From: Gemmata obscuriglobus
GTDB taxonomy: Bacteria > Planctomycetota > Planctomycetia > Gemmatales > Gemmataceae
NCBI RefSeq assembly: GCF_008065095.1
Contig: NZ_CP042911.1
Location: forward strand, 2,490,001 to 2,522,000
Reading direction: 5' to 3'
Length of the DNA: 32,000 nucleotides
In this document: positions 9,437-17,896 of the stretch, one piece after another
Layout of the letters: every line of letters starts with the position of its first letter
Numbering within the stretch: position 1 is the stretch's first letter
Notes under the pieces: model-generated
The model's database searches: none
Told to the model about the DNA's origin: nothing
What the model saw: only the letters and a program-made list of their open reading frames with translations
Made by a program: the position numbers and the translations under genes

Positions 9437-10168
9437 CTACAGGCCGGTGGCGTCGATGGCCGCGGTGTAGGTGGTTTCGAGGTCGAGCACGATCACCGGC
9501 CCGCCGCGCAGCCCGAGCGGCACCGCGGGGACCGGCCGGCCGACGGCCGCGGCGTAGGGCCACACTTCGATCTCGTTGGCCCCGGTTTCCCGTCGGTGAA
9601 CGGGGCGGTACCCCGAGACGTAGGTCGGCGTGTCGGACATGAACTGGGCCGGCTGCCCGCCGAGCGCCGCGAGCAGGGCGTTGTGGAGGTTGGCGTGCCG
9701 CTCGGTTACGACATCAATGATGACGACGCCCACACCGCGGCGCAGGTACGCGATGCATTTCGCCACAAATGCCGCACACGCCGCTCCGCGGTCCTTGTTG
9801 CGCGGGCTGACCAGTTCGATAACGCCCACCAACGGCCGCCCGGCCCGTCGCTCGCGGATCTCGACTTCGTGCTCGTCGGGGAAGATGGCCGACAGCGTTA
9901 CCACTGCCCGAGGGGCCGAGGCCAGCGCGGTAAGCGTTCCGCTACTCCCGTTCAATCCGTGAGACGGATCCGGCGGGTCGTCGAGGCGGCACTCGGATAC
10001 GTCCACCTCGACTTGCGGCCCCATTCGCACCTCGCTGACCGCCTGAAACTGATCGCGGGGTAGCGTCGTGTTCAAAAAACGCACGAGCGAAATCGCCCAC
10101 GCTTGGGACATCGTCGTCCACGGGAGCCGGCGCCGGTCGGGCGAATGAAAATGGTCGAGTAACGGCAC
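9437..10168 (-). CDS. DUF4058-family protein (Uma2/PD-(D/E)XK-like fold), paralog A
   Basis: GTG start at 10168 preceded by GGAGGA. Motifs are MPLLDHFH, VIELVSPRNK, GVVIIDVV and the C-terminal VPAVPLGL....LDLETTYTAA. These match my recollection of the DUF4058 pattern (IE-x-LSP-x-NK ... IDLL ... iPL...d..ldL...Y). Confidence 0.7.
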   Translation of the reverse strand: MPLLDHFHSPDRRRLPWTTMSQAWAISLVRFLNTTLPRDQFQAVSEVRMGPQVEVDVSECRLDDPPDPSHGLNGSSGTLTALASAPRAVVTLSAIFPDEHEVEIRERRAGRPLVGVIELVSPRNKDRGAACAAFVAKCIAYLRRGVGVVIIDVVTERHANLHNALLAALGGQPAQFMSDTPTYVSGYRPVHRRETGANEIEVWPYAAAVGRPVPAVPLGLRGGPVIVLDLETTYTAAIDATGL

Positions 10169-10191
10169 GGCGTTCCTCCAATCGCGGCATT

Positions 10192-11352
10192 TTACCCGGC
10201 CGCGAGGGCGCGTTCGAGGTCGGAGCGGAGGTCGGCCACATCCTCAATGCCGACGCTCAGCCGGATGAGGCCGTCGTCCACCCCGCGGGCCTCGCGCACC
10301 TCCTTGGGGATGCTCGCGTGGGTCATCGTGGTCGGGTGGCACACCAGCGACTCCACCCCGCCGAGGCTCTCGGCGAGGCTAAACAGTTTCGTGCGGGTCA
10401 GGAACGACTTGGCGGCCGGGATGCCGCCGCGCAGCTTCAGCGAGATCATCCCACCGAAACCCCGCATCTGCTTCGCGGCGGTGCCCCCGCCCGGGTGCCC
10501 GCGGAGCCCCGGGTAGTACACGTCCGCGACCGCGGGGTGCGACGCGAGCCAGTGTGCCAATTCCATCGCGTTCGCGCAGTGCCGGTCCATGCGTACCGCC
10601 AGCGTCTTCAGCCCGCGGAGCACGAGGTACGAGTCGAACGGCCCCGGCACCCCGCCGGCGGCGTTCTGGTAGAACTTGATCGGGTCGAGCAGTTCCTTCG
10701 CGCCCACCACGCACCCGCCGACCACGTCCGAGTGTCCGCCCAGGTACTTGGTGGTGCTGTGGACCACGAGGTCGGCGCCGAGCTTCAACGGCTGTTGGAG
10801 GTACGGCGACGCGAACGTGTTGTCGACCGCCAGCTTCGCCCCGTGCTTGTGGGCCAGTTCCGCGAGCGCGGCGATGTCGAGGATCTGCAACAGGGGGTTG
10901 GTCGGCGTCTCGATCCAGACCAGCTTCGTCTTCGGGGTGATGAGTTGCTCGAAGCCCGCGGCGGACGAGTCGTCGGTGTATTTGGCGACGAGCCCCCAGG
11001 GCTTGAACACCTTGTCGAGCAGCCGGAACGTCCCGCCGTACAGGTCCGCGGACGCGACCACCTCGTCGCCCGGGCGGAGCAGCGCGCCGAACACCGCGGT
11101 GGTGGCGGCCAGCCCCGACGCGAACGCCAGCCCGCGCTCGCCCTCCTCGAGCGCCGCCAGAGCGGTTTCGAGTGCGGCGCGGGTGGGGTTCCCGCTGCGG
11201 CTGTACTCGTACCCCTTGTGCTGCCCCGGGGCGGCCTGGGTGTAGGTGCTGGTGGCGTAGATCGGCACGACGGTGGCACCGGTCGCGGGGTCCGCGTCCT
11301 GGCCGGCGTGGATCGCCCGGGTGCTGAAGCCGTGCGCGTGGTCGGTTGACAT
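10192..11352 (-). CDS. Cystathionine gamma-lyase/gamma-synthase (Cys/Met-metabolism PLP enzyme)
   Basis: Family pattern YSRSGNPTR, DNTFASPYLQQPL and the PLP-lysine motif HSTTKYLGGHSDVVGG, at 386 aa. I recall close resemblance to actinobacterial MetB/CGL proteins. Confidence 0.9.
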   Translation of the reverse strand: MSTDHAHGFSTRAIHAGQDADPATGATVVPIYATSTYTQAAPGQHKGYEYSRSGNPTRAALETALAALEEGERGLAFASGLAATTAVFGALLRPGDEVVASADLYGGTFRLLDKVFKPWGLVAKYTDDSSAAGFEQLITPKTKLVWIETPTNPLLQILDIAALAELAHKHGAKLAVDNTFASPYLQQPLKLGADLVVHSTTKYLGGHSDVVGGCVVGAKELLDPIKFYQNAAGGVPGPFDSYLVLRGLKTLAVRMDRHCANAMELAHWLASHPAVADVYYPGLRGHPGGGTAAKQMRGFGGMISLKLRGGIPAAKSFLTRTKLFSLAESLGGVESLVCHPTTMTHASIPKEVREARGVDDGLIRLSVGIEDVADLRSDLERALAAG

Positions 11353-11499
11353 GACGTTCCTTTCGTGTGGGCGCTACCTCCAGCCTACCGCGACCGCCTG
11401 CGGTGCGGCCAGTGAGCGGCCCTCGGGTTACTCTCATGTCCTTCAAACGTCTTTCCAGTTAGCATGTCGATCCTGGCGTTTTCGTTTGAAGGGGTTCTC

Positions 11500-13719
11500 A
11501 TGCTCCGGTTCGCTCGTGTACTGCTTCCGACGGCTCTTGCGGTCGCGCTGACGGGTTCGGCCCCTGGGGCTCCGCCCGAAGCTCCGGTGGACCCGGGCTG
11601 GGTCGAAGTCGCGCGCAAGAACGGCCTCACCGCGGCAGAAATCAAACTCTTGCGCGAGCAGAAGTTCCTCGTCACTGGCACCACCCGGCGACAGGTATTC
11701 AGCCCCTACGTCGGCAACGACGTGCCGGTTTTTATCACCAGTGATTCCGTTCTGAGCGCGTACCACGTCCTGCTCGAAGAGTCGATCTACCGTATGGAGC
11801 TGGCGAACAGCCGAAAATTACCCGGCGTGCTGGCCCGGGCCGTCAAAAATCTGGACGAGGCGGCGGCCAGCTTTCCAGGTCGAGCACAACTCGCGAAGCC
11901 GGCGACGAAACGTGCCGCGATCTTCCTCGGGGTCGCGCGGAATCTGCTCGACGACAAAATCCTCCCCAACGACGCCGACGTGAGTGGCGACGTGCAGGCT
12001 GAGGTGAAACGCGTCGTTGCGGGCGTCGGCACTGAGAAGCCCACCTGGCTCGGCCCGCCGGATAGAGGATTCGCGGCGGTGGACTATTCGCGGTTCACGC
12101 CGCGCGGCTTCTACACCCGCACGCCCGCACTTCAGCGACACTTTCGGGCGGTTGCGTGGCTGCAAGCGATACCGTTCCGATTGGACCGCGACGAGGAGCT
12201 CGTGGCGTTCGTGCTGATGCGCCGTGCCTATTTCGGCGCACAGCCGAATGCGCAGATCGATCAAAGCATCTGGGATTCGTTCCGTGCTTTTCTCGGCAAC
12301 CGCGATGATTGGGATCTGTCGGACGTATGGCACAGCCCGAAAGACCTGACGAATGCGGAACTGGACCGGGTGCGGCAGAAGTACGCGGGGAGCGGCGAGA
12401 GCTGGAAGTCGCAAATCAACGACCAACTCCGCGTCGCTCCAACGGAACCGGGCGCCGGGTCCGAACTCGCGTTCCGCTTCCTTTCCGCGTACCGTTTGCC
12501 GGACGCGGTGATGTTCGCACGCACGGTTCCGGGCGTAGAGAAACGCGTCTTACCGTCGGGGCTCGACGTGGCCGCGGCGCTCGGCTCACCGCTCGCGCGC
12601 GACAAGCTGAAGAAAGAGCGGCCACAACTGTTGACGGAAATCGACAAGCAACGCCCGCTGTTTAAGGGCGACAACGTGTACGCGGACTACCTGCGGTGCC
12701 TCGGCACGCTGATGGAACGCACCGAACCCGATGCGCCGGAGTTCATGAAGGGCGAGCCGTGGCGCATCAAGACGGCGCAGACGGCTCTCGCGGGTTGGGC
12801 GCAGATGCGGCACACCTGGGCGCTCCAGGCGAAAAACCACACCGACTACCTTAGCGACACTGAACGGTGCGACGGCTTCATCGAACCTGTGCCGGAGTTC
12901 TACGGCAGCTTAAACAAGCTCGTCGAAGACACGACGGCCATTCTCAAAGAGGCGGGGGCGTTGACGGACGACGAGGGGGCCGTGCTCAAGGAGTTTGCCG
13001 AGGAGTTTCGTGCGGCGGAAGAGCTGGCGAAAAAAGTAGCTGTGCCGAAATTGGATCCTCGCTCGCTCACACAGAAGGAGCGCGATCTCGTGCTCAAGTT
13101 CGCCCCTGAGCTGGACGGGCGATGGGATCTGCCGGAGAAGGAGAGAATAACCGATAACCCTTTGGCCGAATTTACTGATGCTGTTGCCGAGTATCGAAAA
13201 TTCGCCGGGCCGCCCGGCTCACCCGACGGGTACAAATTTCTCGCTTCATACTTGGGGCATCGCGCGGGCCGGAACGCCCGGCACTGGGAACGCCTTGCGA
13301 AGGTGTGCGGCAAACTGGAAACGCTCGCGCACAAGCAACTCCGGCAGGTGCCGTTCACAGCAGACGAAAAGGCGTTCATCCGGGACTACGGCAAATCGCT
13401 CGCCGCGATCATGCTTTACGGCGGCAGCTCTTGGCTCCGGCCGCGCGACGACGCGATGCGGGTGGTCGATGTGTTTTCCGGTAATGGCCGGCACTTGCAC
13501 GTCGGCATCGCCCGCCCGCGAATCATGTGGGTGCTGTACCCCACCAAGAACGGCGAGGTGTTGTGTTCTGGGGCGATCGTGCCGTATGCCGAGTTCACCA
13601 GCGCCAACCGCTTGACGGACGGCGACTGGAAGGCGCTCCTTGATTCGCCACGAAAGCCGGCGGTCCCGGCGTGGGCTCAGCCGGTCGTTCCGCCCGAGCG
13701 CGGAACCGGCAACCGGTAG
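11500..13719 (+). CDS. Secreted DUF3160-like protein
   Basis: ORF 11464..13719, with the start moved to ATG 11500 (MLRFARVLLPTALAVALTGSAPG signal peptide). The ~740-aa size and the FTPRGFYTRT...HFRAVAWLQ segment match what I remember of DUF3160. The family call is from memory only. Confidence 0.55.
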   Translation: MLRFARVLLPTALAVALTGSAPGAPPEAPVDPGWVEVARKNGLTAAEIKLLREQKFLVTGTTRRQVFSPYVGNDVPVFITSDSVLSAYHVLLEESIYRMELANSRKLPGVLARAVKNLDEAAASFPGRAQLAKPATKRAAIFLGVARNLLDDKILPNDADVSGDVQAEVKRVVAGVGTEKPTWLGPPDRGFAAVDYSRFTPRGFYTRTPALQRHFRAVAWLQAIPFRLDRDEELVAFVLMRRAYFGAQPNAQIDQSIWDSFRAFLGNRDDWDLSDVWHSPKDLTNAELDRVRQKYAGSGESWKSQINDQLRVAPTEPGAGSELAFRFLSAYRLPDAVMFARTVPGVEKRVLPSGLDVAAALGSPLARDKLKKERPQLLTEIDKQRPLFKGDNVYADYLRCLGTLMERTEPDAPEFMKGEPWRIKTAQTALAGWAQMRHTWALQAKNHTDYLSDTERCDGFIEPVPEFYGSLNKLVEDTTAILKEAGALTDDEGAVLKEFAEEFRAAEELAKKVAVPKLDPRSLTQKERDLVLKFAPELDGRWDLPEKERITDNPLAEFTDAVAEYRKFAGPPGSPDGYKFLASYLGHRAGRNARHWERLAKVCGKLETLAHKQLRQVPFTADEKAFIRDYGKSLAAIMLYGGSSWLRPRDDAMRVVDVFSGNGRHLHVGIARPRIMWVLYPTKNGEVLCSGAIVPYAEFTSANRLTDGDWKALLDSPRKPAVPAWAQPVVPPERGTGNR

Positions 13720-13729
13720 CGCGTCGATG

Positions 13730-14377
13730 TCAGGTCGGGGTGGCCCCTCGGGCGGCGTCGGCGTAGGTGGATTCGAGGTCGAGCGTCAGGTTCGTTCCTC
13801 CGCGCACGGCTATTGGCACCGTGGGCAGCGCCGCGCCCGCCGGGACGTTGTGGTGCCACAGGCCGAACAGCTCGGCGCCGTTGTGAACCATCGGGTGAAC
13901 CGCGAGCACCGGCGCGTCGGTCCCGCGCGGCCGCTTCGTGATCGGGTACACCCCGGTGAGGCTGTGCAGGTGCGTCGCCCAACTCGCCGCCCCCGGGAGC
14001 GCGTCAACGATCACGACCCCGGCCCCGGCGGACATGAGCCCGGCGGCCCGGACCGCAAACGCCAGCGCCGAATCGGAATCGGCCTTATTGTCCGGGGTCA
14101 CAAGCAGCACGGCCGCCGCGACCTGGCGCCCGTCCCGCCCCACGACGCTGACCCCGACGCGGTCACTGAACCGGGCCGGGGCCATGTTCATGGGCATCGT
14201 TTCGGGCACCGGGCCGGGCAGTTGGACCGCCGCGGCCGCTTGCGCCCGCGTCGCGGCGGCGGGCTCGGCGACGAACGGGCCGCCCGCGAGCTGGGCGTTC
14301 AGGGCGGCGGCGACGGCCGTGGCCCAGCCGGTCAGGAACTCAACCGGGTCGCGCCCGTCGGTGTTCAGGAGTGGCAT
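13730..14377 (-). CDS. Divergent DUF4058-like protein, paralog B
   Basis: Alignable with paralogs A and C: MPLL N-terminus, VLLVTPDNK versus (V/I)ELVSPxNK, GVVIVDAL versus VVIIDVV, and the C-terminal LPTVPIAV....LDLESTYADA. The start lies 15 nt after the stop of paralog C. Confidence 0.6.
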   Translation of the reverse strand: MPLLNTDGRDPVEFLTGWATAVAAALNAQLAGGPFVAEPAAATRAQAAAAVQLPGPVPETMPMNMAPARFSDRVGVSVVGRDGRQVAAAVLLVTPDNKADSDSALAFAVRAAGLMSAGAGVVIVDALPGAASWATHLHSLTGVYPITKRPRGTDAPVLAVHPMVHNGAELFGLWHHNVPAGAALPTVPIAVRGGTNLTLDLESTYADAARGATPT

Positions 14378-14392
14378 GTGTCCTCGTGTGGG

Positions 14393-15136
14393 TTATTCCG
14401 GTATGCGGAGCCGGGCGCAGGCTTCCGCGTAAGTGGCTTCGAGGTCGAGCTTGACGCAGCCGTAGCTCTTGAGTGCGAGCGGCACCGAGGGCAGCGGCTC
14501 GCCGACCTTGAGCGGCCAGGGCCAGAGGTCGATCAGGTCTTCTCGCTTGCGGCTCACCGGGCGGTACGCGGTGACGTAAATCCACGGATCGTCGGCCATC
14601 AAGAATTTGCTGTCGTGCTTGGCGATCCGAACGAGTTCGTTGTGCAGGTTCCAGTGCCGCGATGTCACGATGTCGATGACGACGAGGCCGATGCCCTTCC
14701 CAAGGTAGCTGAGGCACTTGGCGGCGAACTGCTCGCGTTCGCTCTCGTCTTTCTTGTTCGAAGGGCTGACCAACTCGACCACCGCGAGCAGGTTGTAATT
14801 GGCGTTCGCGTCCCGCACTTCGACCTTGACCTCGACCGGAAACGACGCCGGCATACTCAACTTGGTAGCGGGCGGAGCGTACGTTTCGGCCATCACCGCG
14901 ACCGCGGTTCCTATGCCTGATGCGATCTCGGTGTCGCCGGACCCGTTTTCGTCCGAACGCTCGTATTCTGCGACGTCTGCGGACACGGCGGAGCCCAGGT
15001 GCATCGGGGCGTCCGCGACGAACTGCTTCGGCAGCCGACGGTTCAGGTCGTCAGCAATGGCAAACGCCCAGCGCCCGTGAAACGATTCCCAAGGGCGGCG
15101 GCCGAGCGTACCGTGAAAGTGATCGAACAGCGGCAT
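14393..15136 (-). CDS. DUF4058-family protein, paralog C
   Basis: Motifs MPLFDHFH, VVELVSPSNK, GLVVIDIV and LPSVPLAL....LDLEATYAEA. The ATG is preceded by GAGGAGGG and lies 31 nt after the cystathionine beta-synthase stop. It looks more AT-rich than its neighbours by eye. Confidence 0.7.
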   Translation of the reverse strand: MPLFDHFHGTLGRRPWESFHGRWAFAIADDLNRRLPKQFVADAPMHLGSAVSADVAEYERSDENGSGDTEIASGIGTAVAVMAETYAPPATKLSMPASFPVEVKVEVRDANANYNLLAVVELVSPSNKKDESEREQFAAKCLSYLGKGIGLVVIDIVTSRHWNLHNELVRIAKHDSKFLMADDPWIYVTAYRPVSRKREDLIDLWPWPLKVGEPLPSVPLALKSYGCVKLDLEATYAEACARLRIPE

Positions 15137-15167
15137 CGCGTGCCCTCCTCGGCGTGCATTGTACCGC

Positions 15168-16517
15168 TCACTTGCCGCGCCGGTCGCCCCAGTAGTGGAT
15201 CAGGTCGATGCGGGTGACGATGTCGAGGACCGCGTCGTCCTGGGTCGCCAGCACCCCGGTGTAACCCGCCAGGAGCAGCCGGTACGCCTCGTCCAGGTGG
15301 GTGCGCACGTCGAGCGTCGGCAGCGGGCGGGCCATCAGGTCGCCGATGAGCACCTGGCGCGGGTCCTTGCCGTCGTGCAGGATGCGGGCCAGCGACACCT
15401 CCTGCACGCTCCCCACCGGCTTCCCCGCGTCCATCACGGGCAGTTGCGAGATCCCGGTCGCCTCCAGCAGCAGGATGGCGTCCTGCGCGGTCGCGGTCGG
15501 GGCGATGAACACCAGCTTCCGCTCCCCGCGCTTCTTGATTAGGTCGCCGACCGAGTGCGCGGGGGCTTCCGTGAAGGCGAGGTTGTTCGCCTTCAGCCAC
15601 CCGTCGTCGAAGAACTTGCTCAGGTAGTTGCGCCCGGTGTCGCAGCCCACCGCGACCACCAGGTGCCCCGGCCCCAGCCGCCGCGCGTACCGTAGGGCCG
15701 CCGCCACGTTGGTCCCGGTGCTGCCGCCCAGCAGCATCCCCTCGCGGCGGGCCAGCTCGCGGGCCACGTGGAACGACTCGGCGTCCCCCACCCGCACCCA
15801 GTCGTCCACGTACTTGCTCGAGAACGTCTTGGGCACGAAGTCCTCGCCGATCCCCTCCACCTTCCACGGCTTCGGCGAGTCGCCCGACAGCACCGACCCC
15901 TCCGGGTCCGCCCCGACGATCTTCACGTTCGGGTTCATCTGCTTCAGGTACTTGCCCACCCCGCTCACGGTGCCGCCGGTGCCGACCCCGCACACGAACA
16001 CCGTCACCTTCCCCTTCGTCTGCTCCCAGATCTCGGGGCCGGTGGTGCGGTAGTGGGCGTCGGGGTTGGCGGCGTTGGTGAACTGGTTCGGGCGCCACGC
16101 CCCCGGGATCTCGCGGGCCAGCCGGTCCGCCACCCCGTTGTAACTTTCCGGGGAGTCCGGGGCGACGGCGGTGGGGGTGATCACCACCTCCGCGCCGTAG
16201 GCCTTGAGCAGCAGGACCTTCTCGGTGCTCATCTTGTCGGGCAGCACGAAGATGCACCGGTACCCCTTTACCGCCGCGACCATCGCCAGCCCGACCCCGG
16301 TGTTGCCCGCGGTGGCCTCGATGATGGTGCCGCCGGGACGGAGCAGGCCGCGCTGCTCCGCCTCGTCGATCATGGCCAGCGCCACCCGGTCCTTCACGCT
16401 CCCGCCCGGGTTGGCGAATTCGACCTTCACCGCGACCTTCGCCTGAAGGCCCTCGGTGAGCCGGTTGAGTTGCACCAGCGGCGTCCGGCCGACAGTGTCG
16501 AGGATGGATTCGAGCAT
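15168..16517 (-). CDS. cbs: Cystathionine beta-synthase (PLP domain plus C-terminal CBS-domain pair)
   Basis: The N-terminus reads GRTPLV...KVEFANPGGSVKDR (PLP lysine), followed by the GNTG loop and GVGTGGT. The C-terminal ~120 aa contain two CBS motifs (ISQLPVMDAGKPVGSV ... GVLATQDDAVLDIVTRIDL). Confidence 0.9.
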   Translation of the reverse strand: MLESILDTVGRTPLVQLNRLTEGLQAKVAVKVEFANPGGSVKDRVALAMIDEAEQRGLLRPGGTIIEATAGNTGVGLAMVAAVKGYRCIFVLPDKMSTEKVLLLKAYGAEVVITPTAVAPDSPESYNGVADRLAREIPGAWRPNQFTNAANPDAHYRTTGPEIWEQTKGKVTVFVCGVGTGGTVSGVGKYLKQMNPNVKIVGADPEGSVLSGDSPKPWKVEGIGEDFVPKTFSSKYVDDWVRVGDAESFHVARELARREGMLLGGSTGTNVAAALRYARRLGPGHLVVAVGCDTGRNYLSKFFDDGWLKANNLAFTEAPAHSVGDLIKKRGERKLVFIAPTATAQDAILLLEATGISQLPVMDAGKPVGSVQEVSLARILHDGKDPRQVLIGDLMARPLPTLDVRTHLDEAYRLLLAGYTGVLATQDDAVLDIVTRIDLIHYWGDRRGK

Positions 16518-16801
16518 GGTTTGGGACTCCGGACCGGGGACGTTCCGAACACCTCAATTGTCGAGCGCGGCCCCGCGGGGAGACAAGCCCGCGGAACTCG
16601 TTCTTTTTCGCGGTTCCGCAGTTGGCGTGTCGCGCGCGCGTGTCGTACAGTGGGCGAGACGAGACGAAGTCCGTAGTTCCACAGTTTCAAGTTCCGGGCG
16701 CCGTGCGAAACCCGCGGCCGCCCGAACGTTCGCCCGGCCGGTGTCGGCCCCGGAGCTTGAAACGGCCGCGACCGCTCCGCTTCCGCCGACCGTTGTTCAT
16801 T

Positions 16802-17788
16802 ATGAGCCTGCCCAGTCAAAGCGTCGCGCTGCTCCAGGCGGCCCGCGACCTCGTGAAGAGCTTGCCCGCCGACGCGGTGCTGCTGCTCACCGAAACGTCC
16901 CTCGACTGGGGCGAGGTGCGGCGCATGCTGGCCGGGTGCCGGCTGTTCGTCGCGGCCGAGAACCCGGCCCTCACGCGGTCGCTCCGCGACGACCCGGACT
17001 GGACCGTCATCGACCTCGACCCCGAGCCGCTCCCCACCCAGGAGCGGATGAACACCGCGCTGCTCAAGGCGGTCTCGGACGAGCTGCTCCCGCCGGGGTC
17101 GCACGTGGTGGCGATCTACAACGGGATCGCGACCCTCGACGACGCCCCGGAGCCGGTGGACAGCCTGAGCGTGATCCACCTGGGCGAGCACCTGGAGCGG
17201 ATGACCTCGCAGGACCTGCGCATCCTGGGGGACGCGGCCCCGCTCGACGTGCTCCGCGCCGTGGTCGATCTGGCCACCGAGATCGGCCGCGAGGGCCGAG
17301 AGGGGCAACCCATCGGCACCATTCTGGTGGTGGGCGACACGCGCAAGGTGTTGAGCCTGTCGCACTTCCAGAACTTCAACCCGTTCCGCGGGTACTCGCG
17401 GGCCGAGCGCGACGTGCGCAAGAAGGACGTGCGCGAGCAGATCAAGGAGATCGCGAAACTGGACGGCGCGCTCCTCATCGGCCGGGACGGGATCGCGGAA
17501 GCCGCCTGCCTGCACCTGGGCGCGCACGGGGCCAACATGCGGAAGGGGTTCGGCAGCCGCCACACCGCCGCCGCGGGCATCAGCAAGCAGACCAGCGCGG
17601 TGGCGTTCGCGGTGAGCCAGTCGAGCGGCAGCGTGCGGGTGTTCAAAGGGGGCGAGGAGGTGCTGCACATCGAGCCGCTGGCCCGGCCGCACGTGTGGCA
17701 GCCGTTCCGGCTCGAGACCCAGGAGATCGAAGACAAGGACGAAGAGGAAGACGAAATAACCGACGAGAACGGCGACGAGGTGTCGTAG
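16802..17788 (+). CDS. Soluble DAC (DisA_N) domain protein, putative diadenylate cyclase
   Basis: ORF 16622..17788, with the start moved to ATG 16802 (MSLPSQSVALL). The C-terminal half has GTILVVGD, LDGALLIGRDGIAEAAC (DGA motif) and GSRHTAAAGIS (equivalent of GTRHRAA). There is no TM segment. The N-terminal ~190 aa are unassigned, and the tail is acidic (EIEDKDEEEDEITDENGDEVS). Confidence 0.7.
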   Translation: MSLPSQSVALLQAARDLVKSLPADAVLLLTETSLDWGEVRRMLAGCRLFVAAENPALTRSLRDDPDWTVIDLDPEPLPTQERMNTALLKAVSDELLPPGSHVVAIYNGIATLDDAPEPVDSLSVIHLGEHLERMTSQDLRILGDAAPLDVLRAVVDLATEIGREGREGQPIGTILVVGDTRKVLSLSHFQNFNPFRGYSRAERDVRKKDVREQIKEIAKLDGALLIGRDGIAEAACLHLGAHGANMRKGFGSRHTAAAGISKQTSAVAFAVSQSSGSVRVFKGGEEVLHIEPLARPHVWQPFRLETQEIEDKDEEEDEITDENGDEVS

Positions 17789-17831
17789 CGCGAATCGTTC
17801 CGTTGCGCGGAGAAGCCAAAGAGATTTTGGT

Positions 17832-17896
17832 AGGATTTACAGGATCAACAGGATTTCAAATGGGTCGGTTTTCATCCGGTGAATCCTGTTCATCCT
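17832..17896. repeat. Inverted pair of 9-bp-periodic AGGAT triplets
   Basis: AGGAT occurs at 17832, 17841 and 17850 on the + strand. ATCCG/ATCCT/ATCCT occur at 17874, 17883 and 17892. The arms ACAGGATCAACAGGATTT (17839-17856) and GAATCCTGTTCATCCTGT (17881-17898) are near-complementary. Confidence 0.8.

Noticed and set aside
16518-16700. SAM/SAH-type riboswitch in the cbs leader, and likewise upstream of the CGL gene (11353-11440).
   Set aside because: I could not find any of the conserved cores of the SAM-I, SAM-II or SAH riboswitches. Only generic GC hairpins are present (for example CCGCGGG-GAGACAAG-CCCGCGG at ~16573-16594).
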